DNA of 28,879 nucleotides from a virus (Duplodnaviria; Caudoviricetes). The translations under genes and the position numbers were made by a program. The DNA is taken from the IMG/VR virus record IMGVR_UViG_3300037465_000444, positions 1-28,879 of that record, one strand, 5' to 3'. This document shows positions 8,729 through 17,330 of this stretch, piece by piece (position 1 is the first letter of the stretch; each line of letters begins with the position of its first letter). The notes beneath the pieces are model-generated. The model had not been told where the DNA came from. It saw nothing but the letters and a program-made list of their open reading frames with translations, and searched no databases.

Positions 8729-10178
8729 GCATAGCCCGTTCTGGCAGGCGGCGAACGGCGCGGCGGCGCTTTGGCAGGGCGACGCCGCGGACGAGCTGCG
8801 CGCCATGCCCGCCGCGTCGGTCCATTGCGTCGTGACCAGCCCGCCGTATTAGGGACTTCGCGATTATCAGACGGGAACGTGGGAGGGCGGGGACGAGGAC
8901 TGCGATCATTAGAAGATTAAGCCAGGCTTGCCCAAAGACGACACTAGCGCCTTGCGATCCCGCGCCACCAACCAGAACCACGAGAGAGAACCGTGGGCCA
9001 AGTGCGTTTGCGGTAAGTGCGGCGCCCGTCGCATCGACCAGCAGCTCGGTGCCGAGTCGTCGCCCGACTGCGGCACGCGCGGCCAGACCCAATGCGGCCG
9101 TTGCTACGTCTGTGGTGTGGTCGCCTGGGCGCGTGAGGTCCGGCGCGTGCTCAGAGACGACGGAGTATTCTGGTTGAATCTAGGCGATTCATACTCCGGC
9201 GGAACGACCGGGCGCAACGACAAGCAGGATGGGGGCGACAAGCAGGATGGGGGAGGCTTATATGGCGGCAGGCAATTCGGCGTTCCCTGGCGCGTGGCGC
9301 TGGCGCTTCAAGCCGACGGCTGGATTCTCCGGCAATGGATGCCCTGGGTGAAGCGGTCGCCGATGCCCGAAAGCGTCAAGAACCGCCCGGCCAAAGCGTG
9401 CGAGGACGTGTTCCTGTTCGTCAAGCGGATGGGCTACTACTACGACGACGCGGCGGTGAAGCGATTCTCGTTGCACGGAGGAAAAGAAGGTCGGTTTAGA
9501 AATAGTAGTAGGTACGTTGAGCAGGGACGGAAACCAAGTAATTCCGATCACCGAGGAGATATAGGGGCTGTAGGCGTAGTTCCTAAACGACGCAACTTCC
9601 GCAACGCCGACCTCTGGTTCGACTCCGTGGACGCGCCGCACGGGCTGACGGGCGTCGGCGACGAGCTGGTGGGGCTGGACGTAACGACCGAGGGCTACGC
9701 GGGCGCGCACTTCGCTACGTTTCCGGCGAAGCTCGTTGAGCCGTTTATCCTGGCCGGAACGTCGGAGCGGGGTTGCTGCGTGGCCTGCGGCGCGCCGTAG
9801 AAGAGGGTTGTAGAGACCGAACAAATTGGCCGTCGGCGAGCCGACGGCCAAGGCATCGCGCCGATGCCGGGTCGAACAGAATACGACTCCGGCGCGGCCG
9901 GGATAGTAATAACCAGTACAATCGGTTGGGAGCCGGGTTGTAGTTGCGGCGCGGAGACGCAGCCGTGTTTGGTGCTCGACCCGTTTATAGGCGCGGGCAC
10001 GACGGCCTGCGTAGCGTTGGAGCACGGGCGGCTCGCTTGGGGAATCGACCTCTCGGCCGAGTACTTGACGAAGCTGACGATCCCCCGGCTCGAAAGGTTG
10101 TCGCGGTATCGCCACGCCGAGACGAAGCACTACCGCGAGTTGAACCGAAAGTTGAACGCGAAGCTGAAAGGGAAGTGA
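8715..10178 (+). pseudogene. Second beta-class DNA methyltransferase with Cys-rich inserts, interrupted by three in-frame TAG codons (8850, 8910, 9798)
   Basis: One continuous frame: MPKIKHSPFWQ...QGD...VHCVVTSPPY*GLRDY...WLNLGDSY...PWRVALALQADGWILR...HFATFP...CGAP*KRV...VLDPFIGAGTT...GIDL. Joins track ORFs 8928-9800 and 9864-10178. Confidence 0.85.
9219..9254 (+). repeat. 18-bp tandem duplication (DKQDGG x2)
   Basis: gacaagcaggatgggggc gacaagcaggatggggga. Confidence 0.9.
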
Positions 10179-10179
10179 C

Positions 10180-10367
10180 TTGCTCTTCTCTTCTTCTCTC
10201 TTAGACGTATAAATAATAAAAAAAATAAAAAATAATTTCCCGGTGTTATTGTAATCGCGCGCCCCGTGGTTGGGAATAGCAATCCCGAAAGAATTTTTCG
10301 GCGGGAATTTTCTTTCCGGGGCCGGGCGCGGAAGGCTAATATTTAAGCGAAGGAGGCTGCTCGGTAG
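10180..10367. other. AT-rich non-coding spacer between replication and packaging modules (candidate origin, late promoter or packaging site)
   Basis: CT-rich run, then tataaataataaaaaaaataaaaaataatttcc, then an imperfect inverted repeat cccgaaagaa...ttctttccggg. Confidence 0.5.
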
Positions 10368-10865
10368 ATGGGCCGTCCGACCAACAAGGCGCGCAAGCGA
10401 TCGCAGCGCAAGATCGCGCGATACATGCGCGACCGCGAGGACCTGATGCTCGCTGGCCGCATCCCGTTTACGGCTGAGGGGGCCGTCCGCAACGAGCGGG
10501 TCGGTCCCGCGTCGCAGGCCGAGCCGACCGGGCATTTAGGACTCGCGGCGACGGCGGCGCGCAACGGCTGGGCGACGCCTGAGGAAAAGAAGCCCGTGAT
10601 CGTCAGCGAGTTGGTTAAGATCGCGACGGGCAACGCATCCGAGGTCGGGCCGGACGGGATCGCAACCGGACCGGCGCCGAAGACGCGGGTGTACGCCGCG
10701 AAGGTCCTCGCCGAGCTGGACCAAATCCAATACGAGCGCGACAACCCGGTCGCCGCGGGTCGGGCGAAGGGCGCGGTCAACGTAGGCGTGGCTGTAGCGG
10801 ACGTACGGGAGGTTCTAAGGGCCTTGGAGGCCGAGCGTGAGCAGCAAGCCGCTGGTGCATCCTGA
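10368..10865 (+). CDS. Hypothetical protein, candidate terminase small subunit
   Basis: SD AAGGAGG; first gene after the spacer; overlaps terL; basic N-terminus. Positional evidence only. Confidence 0.5.
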   Translation: MGRPTNKARKRSQRKIARYMRDREDLMLAGRIPFTAEGAVRNERVGPASQAEPTGHLGLAATAARNGWATPEEKKPVIVSELVKIATGNASEVGPDGIATGPAPKTRVYAAKVLAELDQIQYERDNPVAAGRAKGAVNVGVAVADVREVLRALEAEREQQAAGAS

Positions 10866-11445
10866 CGACGTGCTGGCGCTGCGGCTGATCTACTGGCCGC
10901 ACGTCCGGCTCTACAACAAGCAGATCGAGATCGTGCGCTCCACCTTCCTAAACGACGAAACCTACGTATACGCGGGCAACGAACTGGGCAAGGATTTTGT
11001 AGCCGGCTTCATCGTAGCGGCCGCGTTTCTCTGCTGCTGGCTGAAAGGGATCACCGCGCGGATCGTTACTACGTCGGTCGCCGAGCACCATCTTAAGGTT
11101 CTTTGGGGCGAGATCGGCCGGTTCCTGACTACGCCCGCAAGACCGCTTTTAGTTTCGGCGGGCGGGCCGTTCGTGCTCAACTATCAAGAGATCAGATTGG
11201 TCGACGAGGCCGAGGCTAAGAACCCGTTAAGCTACGCCGTCGGGCGCGTCAGCGCGAAGGGTGAGGGCATGGCCGGGCACCACGCCGAATTTACCTTGGC
11301 CGTAGGCGACGAGGCCTCGGGTATCGACGACGTGGTCTACGAGATGGCGCAGGGCTGGGCGCGCCGGATGCTCTGGATCGGCAACCCGAACGACTGCGCG
11401 AACTTCTATCGCCGGGCGCGGCGGGAAGGGGAGTTGGCCGCATGA
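10837..11445 (+). CDS. terL: Terminase large subunit, ATPase domain (split gene)
   Basis: LYNKQ Q-motif, Walker A AGNELGKD, Walker B LAVGDEASG, coupling motif WIGNP. Confidence 0.82.
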   Translation: MSSKPLVHPDDVLALRLIYWPHVRLYNKQIEIVRSTFLNDETYVYAGNELGKDFVAGFIVAAAFLCCWLKGITARIVTTSVAEHHLKVLWGEIGRFLTTPARPLLVSAGGPFVLNYQEIRLVDEAEAKNPLSYAVGRVSAKGEGMAGHHAEFTLAVGDEASGIDDVVYEMAQGWARRMLWIGNPNDCANFYRRARREGELAA

Positions 11446-11484
11446 CGTTCCGATACGTTGCGCCGGCATGAGGGGAGCGATGGT

Positions 11485-12417
11485 GTGAGGTTCATCCGCA
11501 AGATCATTGTGGTAAGGGCGGAAGACTCGCCGAACGTCAAGCGCGCCTTGGCCATGAAAGCGGCCGGGCAGGAGCCGGACGGCTTGGTAGTCGTGCCTGG
11601 CGTGCTCTCGTGGGACGAGTACGAGAAGCGGCGCAAGGCGTGGGACCCGCAGCGCCAGGCCGTGGGGCTGGACGGCGAGTTCTACGAGGGCGCGGAGCTG
11701 CGGCTGTTTCCCTCCGCCTGGCTCGACGCGGCGATGGCGCTGCCCGTATCCGACCGGCACCGCTGCCGGGCCTTGGGCTGCGACCCGGCCGAGGGCGGCG
11801 ACAACACGTCTTGGGCGGTCGTCAACGAGCACGGGCTAGCGAACCTGGTGTCTATGAAGACCGCCGATACGTCGGAGATTACGGGCCGAACGATCGCCCT
11901 AGGGCGCGAGCACGGCGTGCCGGCCGACCGCTGGTTCTTCGACCGCGGCGGCGGCGGCAAGCAGCACGCCGACAACCTACGCGCCGCCGGCTGGCCCTGT
12001 CGTACCATCGGGTTTGGTGAGTCGGTGACACTAGAACCGCGGCGGGGCCTCGTAAGACTGGAAGAACGGCGTGAGCAGAGGGAAGAACGGTACGCCTATA
12101 AGAACCGGCGCGCCGAGATGTACGGCGTCTTACGGGCGCTGCTCGACCCGGCCAATGGGGCCGGCTTTGGGCTGCCGCCGGAGCTGACGCTTACGCCGCG
12201 CGGCGACGGCGGGCCGTGCCTACGCGACCAACTAGCGGCCATGCCGCTGCGGTATGATGGAGAGGGTCGGCTCTACCTGCCGCCGAAACAGACGGACGGC
12301 GACGGAGAATCGCTCGTCAAGGTGCTGGGGTGTTCGCCTGACGAGGCCGACGCCCTGGTCTTAGCCGTCTGGGGGATGCTTGCCCCGACCGAGCGGCGGA
12401 GGGCGGGCGCCGCATGA
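11485..12417 (+). CDS. terL: Terminase large subunit, RNase H-like nuclease domain (split gene)
   Basis: EDSPNV, LGCDPAEGGDNT, FDRGGGG, YKNRRAEMY, SPDEADALVLA; GTG 11485 has SD GAGGGGAG; same frame as the ATPase part. Confidence 0.82.
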   Translation: MRFIRKIIVVRAEDSPNVKRALAMKAAGQEPDGLVVVPGVLSWDEYEKRRKAWDPQRQAVGLDGEFYEGAELRLFPSAWLDAAMALPVSDRHRCRALGCDPAEGGDNTSWAVVNEHGLANLVSMKTADTSEITGRTIALGREHGVPADRWFFDRGGGGKQHADNLRAAGWPCRTIGFGESVTLEPRRGLVRLEERREQREERYAYKNRRAEMYGVLRALLDPANGAGFGLPPELTLTPRGDGGPCLRDQLAAMPLRYDGEGRLYLPPKQTDGDGESLVKVLGCSPDEADALVLAVWGMLAPTERRRAGAA

Positions 12418-12614
12418 ATAACGACAAGCTCGACAAGCTGCGGAAACTTACGTCCGGCGCGGGGGCCGGTCAGAATGTGCATGAAGGCCCCACGGCCCCG
12501 CGCCGGATTTCATGGCAGGAGGCCTACGAGCAGCGGCTAGCCGCGGGCGGGGCCGACTACGCGGGCGACTGGAACTGGAACGCGCTGCGGCGATTGCGTC
12601 GCCGGTTATATTAG
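12414..12614 (+). CDS. Hypothetical protein
   Basis: ATGA overlap with terL; fills the gap to the next SD. Confidence 0.55.
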   Translation: MNNDKLDKLRKLTSGAGAGQNVHEGPTAPRRISWQEAYEQRLAAGGADYAGDWNWNALRRLRRRLY

Positions 12615-12623
12615 GGGAGGAAT

Positions 12624-13214
12624 ATGCTCGCCGAGATTCTATTGCTCCTGTTGCCCGTCGCGAAGTTGCTTCCTACCGAAGTTCCCGCCGACCTGTACCG
12701 CGTTACGGCTCAGGTGGGCGGCTGTGCCGCTACGATAGTACGACCGGTACAGGACGCCAAAGGCGATTGGCACTGGCTGGCGGTCACGGCCGGTCACTGT
12801 GTTCGTGACGACCGCTGGGTGAAGATTAAGCTGAACTGGCCGCCGAGCGAGCGCAAAGAGTTCGATGGTCGCGTCATTTATCGCAGCGACGACCCCGATC
12901 TAGCGGTCGTCGAGTTTAATCCCGGCGCGGCGATTCCTTACGCCGACGTCGCGTCGGCAACGTTGGCCCAGGCCTGGACGGTCGGCTATCCATACGGCGC
13001 GCTATTGGGCAAATCGGTTGAGATTAAGAAAACAACCGGCGGTACGATCCAAGTCGCCGGCGACATCTGGTACGGGCACAGCGGGGGCGGGCTGTTTCAG
13101 GACGGAAAGTTGGTTGGTATAGCCTCGGCGCGCGACGGACGTGGGGCCGGCTATTTTACTCCGGCGACGGCGGCGCACCACTTAGCTGAAACCAGGATTA
13201 CCGGTGCGGGTTGA
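12624..13214 (+). CDS. Secreted trypsin-like (S1) serine protease; may extend through TGA to 13520
   Basis: SD GGGGAGG, hydrophobic N-terminus, catalytic triad motifs VTAGHC, DLAVV, GHSGGGLF. Confidence 0.85.
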   Translation: MLAEILLLLLPVAKLLPTEVPADLYRVTAQVGGCAATIVRPVQDAKGDWHWLAVTAGHCVRDDRWVKIKLNWPPSERKEFDGRVIYRSDDPDLAVVEFNPGAAIPYADVASATLAQAWTVGYPYGALLGKSVEIKKTTGGTIQVAGDIWYGHSGGGLFQDGKLVGIASARDGRGAGYFTPATAAHHLAETRITGAG

Positions 13215-13520
13215 ACGACGCCAAGCTGTATTATCCATCGCGGTCGCGATGACAAGGAATACCAGAAGCCGCCGGACGAGTCGGCGTTGAAGATCGCAGC
13301 TCTGGAAAAACGAGTCGCCGATCTTGAGTCGCGACTGGCCGCGGTTATCGAGGCGACCGGCAAGCTAACTCAGCCGAAGGACGGCGCGCCGGGCCGCGAC
13401 GGAACGGTGACGGTCGTCGTCAAGCGGCTCGACGGCACAACCAAACGATTCGAGGATCTCCGCGGCGGGACCGTGGAGGTGGGTGTTGAGAAGTTCCAGA
13501 CTAAGGGGGATCGAGAATGA
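13215..13520 (+). CDS. In-frame continuation of the protease (coiled coil plus short Gly-X-Y motif)
   Basis: Same frame as 12624 and open from the TGA; heptad IAALEKRVADLESRL; KDGAPGRDG; no ATG start of its own. Confidence 0.6.
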   Translation, partial: TTPSCIIHRGRDDKEYQKPPDESALKIAALEKRVADLESRLAAVIEATGKLTQPKDGAPGRDGTVTVVVKRLDGTTKRFEDLRGGTVEVGVEKFQTKGDRE

Positions 13521-13759
13521 ACGCAAGTTTGGTGGAACTGTTCAGTGCGGACGCGGCCGAGGCGATCAGCCGGCGTCGTGACGACACTCAATTAGCCATC
13601 GCGCGCCAGCGCGACACGGCGCAGCACGGGCTTAAGGTGGTCGAGTCGGTGGCGGCGTATGAGTTGCTGACCAGCAACGATCCGCTTATGGCGATCCTCT
13701 CGAAGCTGGCCGATCGCACGCCGTCGCCGCCGGCCCCGGCGATTGACGCGAACAAGTAG
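13517..13759 (+). CDS. Hypothetical helical protein
   Basis: ATGA coupling and purine-rich SD. Confidence 0.65.
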   Translation: MNASLVELFSADAAEAISRRRDDTQLAIARQRDTAQHGLKVVESVAAYELLTSNDPLMAILSKLADRTPSPPAPAIDANK

Positions 13760-13760
13760 T

Positions 13761-13985
13761 ATGAACGACGCCGACGTGCTTAAGGCATCCGAGCGGTTAA
13801 AGGCTGCGCGGGCCGCCGCCGAGGCCGGCCTGCGGGCCGAGCGCGAGGCGATCGACTCGAAGCTGGCGGTCGAGCATAGGGCCGCGGAGCAAAGGGTCAG
13901 GAGACTCTACGATGGCGAAGCCGACGACGGACTACACCGGGGAGTCGCTAGGCAGGTTCCACCGGCTGCTCCGGCTGTTTCATGA
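13761..13985 (+). CDS. Hypothetical coiled-coil protein
   Basis: ATG one base after the previous stop; Ala/Glu/Arg-rich helix. Confidence 0.55.
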   Translation: MNDADVLKASERLKAARAAAEAGLRAEREAIDSKLAVEHRAAEQRVRRLYDGEADDGLHRGVARQVPPAAPAVS

Positions 13986-14346
13986 CGGCTGGCGTGAGAA
14001 GGCGCGCAAGGAGATGGCGACGCTTCAAAGCTTCCACGACGGCGAGCGGCAGCGCATGGCGCGCGAGGTTGAGGCGATCGGCTACGACCTACCCGACCCG
14101 CAGCGCTATTCGCGACCGTACACGGTCCACGAGTCTACGACGACATACAACGCGGGCGGCGGATTCTTGAAGGGAGCAGCGGCGGCCCTGGCGGCGGTAG
14201 GATTGGGGGCGGGCGGCGTCTGGTGGCTTCTGACCCAGCACCCGGCGCAGCCGTCGCCCCAGCCGCCGCCGGGCGTCGACCACGACGTGCGCGACGACGT
14301 GCGGTACGTTCCACCGTCGGAAGGAAACGATGATGGCCAAGGATAA
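13912..14346 (+). CDS. Hypothetical membrane protein
   Basis: SD AGGAG; hydrophobic segment FLKGAAAALAAVGLGAGGVWWLL followed by a Pro-rich tail. Confidence 0.65.
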   Translation: MAKPTTDYTGESLGRFHRLLRLFHDGWREKARKEMATLQSFHDGERQRMAREVEAIGYDLPDPQRYSRPYTVHESTTTYNAGGGFLKGAAAALAAVGLGAGGVWWLLTQHPAQPSPQPPPGVDHDVRDDVRYVPPSEGNDDGQG

Positions 14347-14524
14347 GCTATACTGGTCGGACGGCAACCACCCGGTCTGGAAGCTCTGGGCCGGGGCGGT
14401 CTTCCTTTTATTCGTCACCGTCCGGCTGGCTTTCGCCAACAAGGTGGACGGCGACGAGTTCCGCGACATGGCGATCGTGGCGGGCGTACTCGCGCCGGTA
14501 CTAACCAAGAGGAAAGAGGAGTGA
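14330..14524 (+). CDS. Small membrane protein, holin-like
   Basis: Two hydrophobic segments and a charged C-terminus KRKEE. Confidence 0.5.
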   Translation: MMAKDKLYWSDGNHPVWKLWAGAVFLLFVTVRLAFANKVDGDEFRDMAIVAGVLAPVLTKRKEE

Positions 14525-14528
14525 CGCG

Positions 14529-14702
14529 GTGGACGAGCTAGAGGTGTTACAGACGGAGCTAGGGTCGCTGGTCGGCTTCGACCTCCGGGGTGTTCGTGTT
14601 CCGCTGGCGCTGGGCGCGGGGTTCTTCTTCGGTTGGATGATTGGGTACATCCGCGGGCACGCGCGGGGCCTACGCGACCGGGCGTCGAGGTTCTACCGAT
14701 GA
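14529..14702 (+). CDS. Small membrane protein (57 aa, below the ORF-track cut-off)
   Basis: GTG after SD GAGGAG; MDELEVLQTELGSLVGFDLRGVRVPLALGAGFFFGWMIGYIRG...; stop overlaps the next ATG. Confidence 0.6.
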   Translation: MDELEVLQTELGSLVGFDLRGVRVPLALGAGFFFGWMIGYIRGHARGLRDRASRFYR

Positions 14703-15205
14703 AAAGATACCGCGCCGTGCGTAAGGAGATGGTTGACGGCGACTTTCTGTTATTTAGCGGCAACGGCGTTTGGTCGCAAATTATACGGCTCTGGACTCGG
14801 CAGGAGTTTAGCCACTGCGGTTTGATCGCTTGGTGGAATAATCGCTGTTGTGTACTTGAAGCGAAAGAGGGCTGGGGCGTGCGGTTGGCGCCGGTAAGCG
14901 AGTTGGTCGCGCACTACAAGGGCCGGATCGTCTGGTACTCGCCCGACGAGATAGTGGGCTACGATGGAGGCGATGCGGTGGAGTTCGGCGCTAAGCGGCT
15001 TGGTTCGGCCTACTCGTGGCGTCAGAACGCAGCACTGGCGCTGGGCGTCCACCGAGACGTGGACGAGCGGGCGTTCAATTGCTCGGAGTACCTCGGCGAC
15101 TGTCTACGCGCCGGCGGCCTCAAGATGCCTCGCGACCGCGTGCTGCGGCCCGGCGACTTCGTCTCGCTCCAAGGGGTAACATGCTATGGAGATTTGAAGC
15201 AATGA
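14699..15205 (+). CDS. Permuted papain-like NlpC/P60 (YiiX/YaeF-type) amidase/peptidase
   Basis: GDFLLFSG, FSHCG (His), LGSAYS, AFNCSEYL (Cys), PGDF; His precedes Cys, the permuted order. Confidence 0.8.
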   Translation: MKRYRAVRKEMVDGDFLLFSGNGVWSQIIRLWTRQEFSHCGLIAWWNNRCCVLEAKEGWGVRLAPVSELVAHYKGRIVWYSPDEIVGYDGGDAVEFGAKRLGSAYSWRQNAALALGVHRDVDERAFNCSEYLGDCLRAGGLKMPRDRVLRPGDFVSLQGVTCYGDLKQ

Positions 15206-15639
15206 GACGCCTATTCGACATTGCGCTCGCCGCCGCCGCGGGGTTCGCCGCCGCACCCGCCTGGCAAGAGTTTGCCGCGCCGGTTACGGTGCGCGAGGTC
15301 GCGCTGGTCGAGGTCGTTGACGGCGACACCTACGACGTAGCCGAGACGATCCGGCACCGCGTGCGGCTGGCCAACGCCGATACGTGGGAAAGCCGCCGGG
15401 TGCGCCGTTCGAGCGGCGACCGCACCATCTCGGACGAAGAGCTGACCAAGGGCAAGCGCGCTAAAGAGCAGGTCGAGGCAAAACTCCGGGCGGCCGGCCG
15501 GCTGCTGCTCGTCAGCCGTCCTAAGGACGGCGGCACGTGGGAACGGGATAGTTTCGGCCGGGTGCTTGGTGAAATCAAAATCGACGGAGCGGACGTAGGA
15601 GCGTGGCTGAAAGCGAACGGACACGTGAGGACGCCATGA
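15202..15639 (+). CDS. Thermonuclease (SNase) family protein with signal/anchor peptide
   Basis: VVDGDT, VRLANADTWE, RDSFGRVLG, L...GH. Confidence 0.85.
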   Translation: MRRLFDIALAAAAGFAAAPAWQEFAAPVTVREVALVEVVDGDTYDVAETIRHRVRLANADTWESRRVRRSSGDRTISDEELTKGKRAKEQVEAKLRAAGRLLLVSRPKDGGTWERDSFGRVLGEIKIDGADVGAWLKANGHVRTP

Positions 15640-17330
15640 GGATCAAAGCGAGCAAGAACGGGAATGAAAAACCGCGTAGTTCCGCTTCGGCAAACAACAA
15701 CGGCCACGCCGCTCCGGGCGGACCGCGCATCACGATCAACGAGCTAATCGAGAACGCGCTGGCGACGCGGCAGGATTGGTTGCGCCGCGCCCTGGACCCG
15801 CGGCGCGACATCGACGACGAGTGCGGGTTCCCTAAGCAAATTTCTATCCGGGACTACCGCGACCTCTACGACCGCAACCCGGTGGCGGCGCGCGTCGTAG
15901 AGGCGCTGCCCCGCGAGTGCTGGCAAGTGACGCCGCGGGTGTATCAAGACGAGGAAGGCAAGTCAGAGTTCGACGAGCGGCTCAAGACGGTGGGCCGCGG
16001 GCTGCGCGGCCCGGTCGGCTGGCTCGACGACAGCGAGCATAACGCTTTCTACGAGGTGCTCCGGCGCGCCGACGAAATGTGCGGCCTGGGCAGCTATGGC
16101 GTCGTGCTCCTGGGGCTGGACGACGGCCTCGACCTAGCGCAGCCGGCCGCGGGCGTCGAGGAGCGGAACAGCGCCCCAAGAAAGCGGGGCGAGAAGATCG
16201 CGGGAAACGCCGGCCGCTGGTCTTTGACGGTCAACGCCGCGCAGGAGCGGAACCTACTCTATGCCCGCGTGCTCGACGAGTCGCTCTGCCAGGCCGTAGC
16301 GTTCGAGTCGAACCCTACGTCGCCGCGCTACGGGCACCCGACGGCGTACCTGGCGACGATCGACGATTCTAAAGAGCAACTCTCCGGCCTTGGCGGATCT
16401 TACGGTACGCGGCAGGTGCATTGGACGCGCTGCGTACACCTGGTCGACAACCCCGGTAGCAGCGAATTATTTGGCTCCCCTAGGATGAAGCCCGTATTTA
16501 ACAACCTATACAACCTAACTAAGCTCTACCACGGTTCGGCCGAGATGTATTGGCGCGGCGCATTCCCCGGCCTGGCCCTGGAGACGCACCCGCAGCTCGG
16601 TGGCGACGTGGAGCTGGATAAGGCCGGGTTGCGCGACGAGATGGAGCAATACTTTAACGGCCTCCAACGCTACTTAGCCCTGATGGGGATGTCGGCCAAG
16701 ACGCTCGCGCCGACGGTGGTCGACCCCAGCCCGCAAATCCGCGTCCAGATCGAGGCTATCTGTATCAAGCTGGCCATTCCGATCCGCGTCTTTTTAGGGT
16801 CGGAGCGCGGCGAGCTGGCGTCGTCGCAGGACGACGCCGCCTGGAACGACCGTCTAAGGTTCCGCCAGAAGGATTTCGTGACGCCGCGGATTATCGCGCC
16901 GGTCGTGGACCGGCTGATTATGCTCGGCGTCCTGCCCGAACCCGACGGCGGCTACCGCGTCAAATGGCCGGACCTCGATTCACAGACCGACGGCGAGCGC
17001 GCCAGCGTGGCGGCCGCCCAGACCAACGCGCTGGCGGCGTACCTCGCCGGGCAGGTCGAGGCGTTGGTCGACCCGCTCGACTATCTGACCCGGTTCATCG
17101 GGCTGCCGCGTGAGGAAGCCGAGCAGATTTTGAAGAACGCCGTTGGGCATATGAAGGACGCATACCCGGACGCCGAGGCGGTCGTGGCCGGGCACGTGCC
17201 CCAGCCGCCGCAGGCTGCTCCCCCAGGAGAGGAAGGAGCCGAAGATGGAGAACCAACCGACGAAGATGTGGCGAGCGACGGTCAAGGAGACGACGACGAG
17301 CGGCAAGAAGAAGCCGAAGGTGTACCGTAA
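15636..17330 (+). CDS. Portal protein (DUF1073-type)
   Basis: LYDRNPVAARVVE, G.YGVVLLG, SPRYGHP..Y, VHWTR, IPIRVFLGSERGELASSQD...WND; located between terL and MuF; acidic tail. Confidence 0.82.
   Translation: MRIKASKNGNEKPRSSASANNNGHAAPGGPRITINELIENALATRQDWLRRALDPRRDIDDECGFPKQISIRDYRDLYDRNPVAARVVEALPRECWQVTPRVYQDEEGKSEFDERLKTVGRGLRGPVGWLDDSEHNAFYEVLRRADEMCGLGSYGVVLLGLDDGLDLAQPAAGVEERNSAPRKRGEKIAGNAGRWSLTVNAAQERNLLYARVLDESLCQAVAFESNPTSPRYGHPTAYLATIDDSKEQLSGLGGSYGTRQVHWTRCVHLVDNPGSSELFGSPRMKPVFNNLYNLTKLYHGSAEMYWRGAFPGLALETHPQLGGDVELDKAGLRDEMEQYFNGLQRYLALMGMSAKTLAPTVVDPSPQIRVQIEAICIKLAIPIRVFLGSERGELASSQDDAAWNDRLRFRQKDFVTPRIIAPVVDRLIMLGVLPEPDGGYRVKWPDLDSQTDGERASVAAAQTNALAAYLAGQVEALVDPLDYLTRFIGLPREEAEQILKNAVGHMKDAYPDAEAVVAGHVPQPPQAAPPGEEGAEDGEPTDEDVASDGQGDDDERQEEAEGVP

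Noticed and set aside
9258-10535. 425-aa minus-strand ORF and other long antisense ORFs (18281-19222, 25216-26256)
   Set aside because: Shadow frames of well-supported + strand genes in GC-rich DNA, with no motifs.
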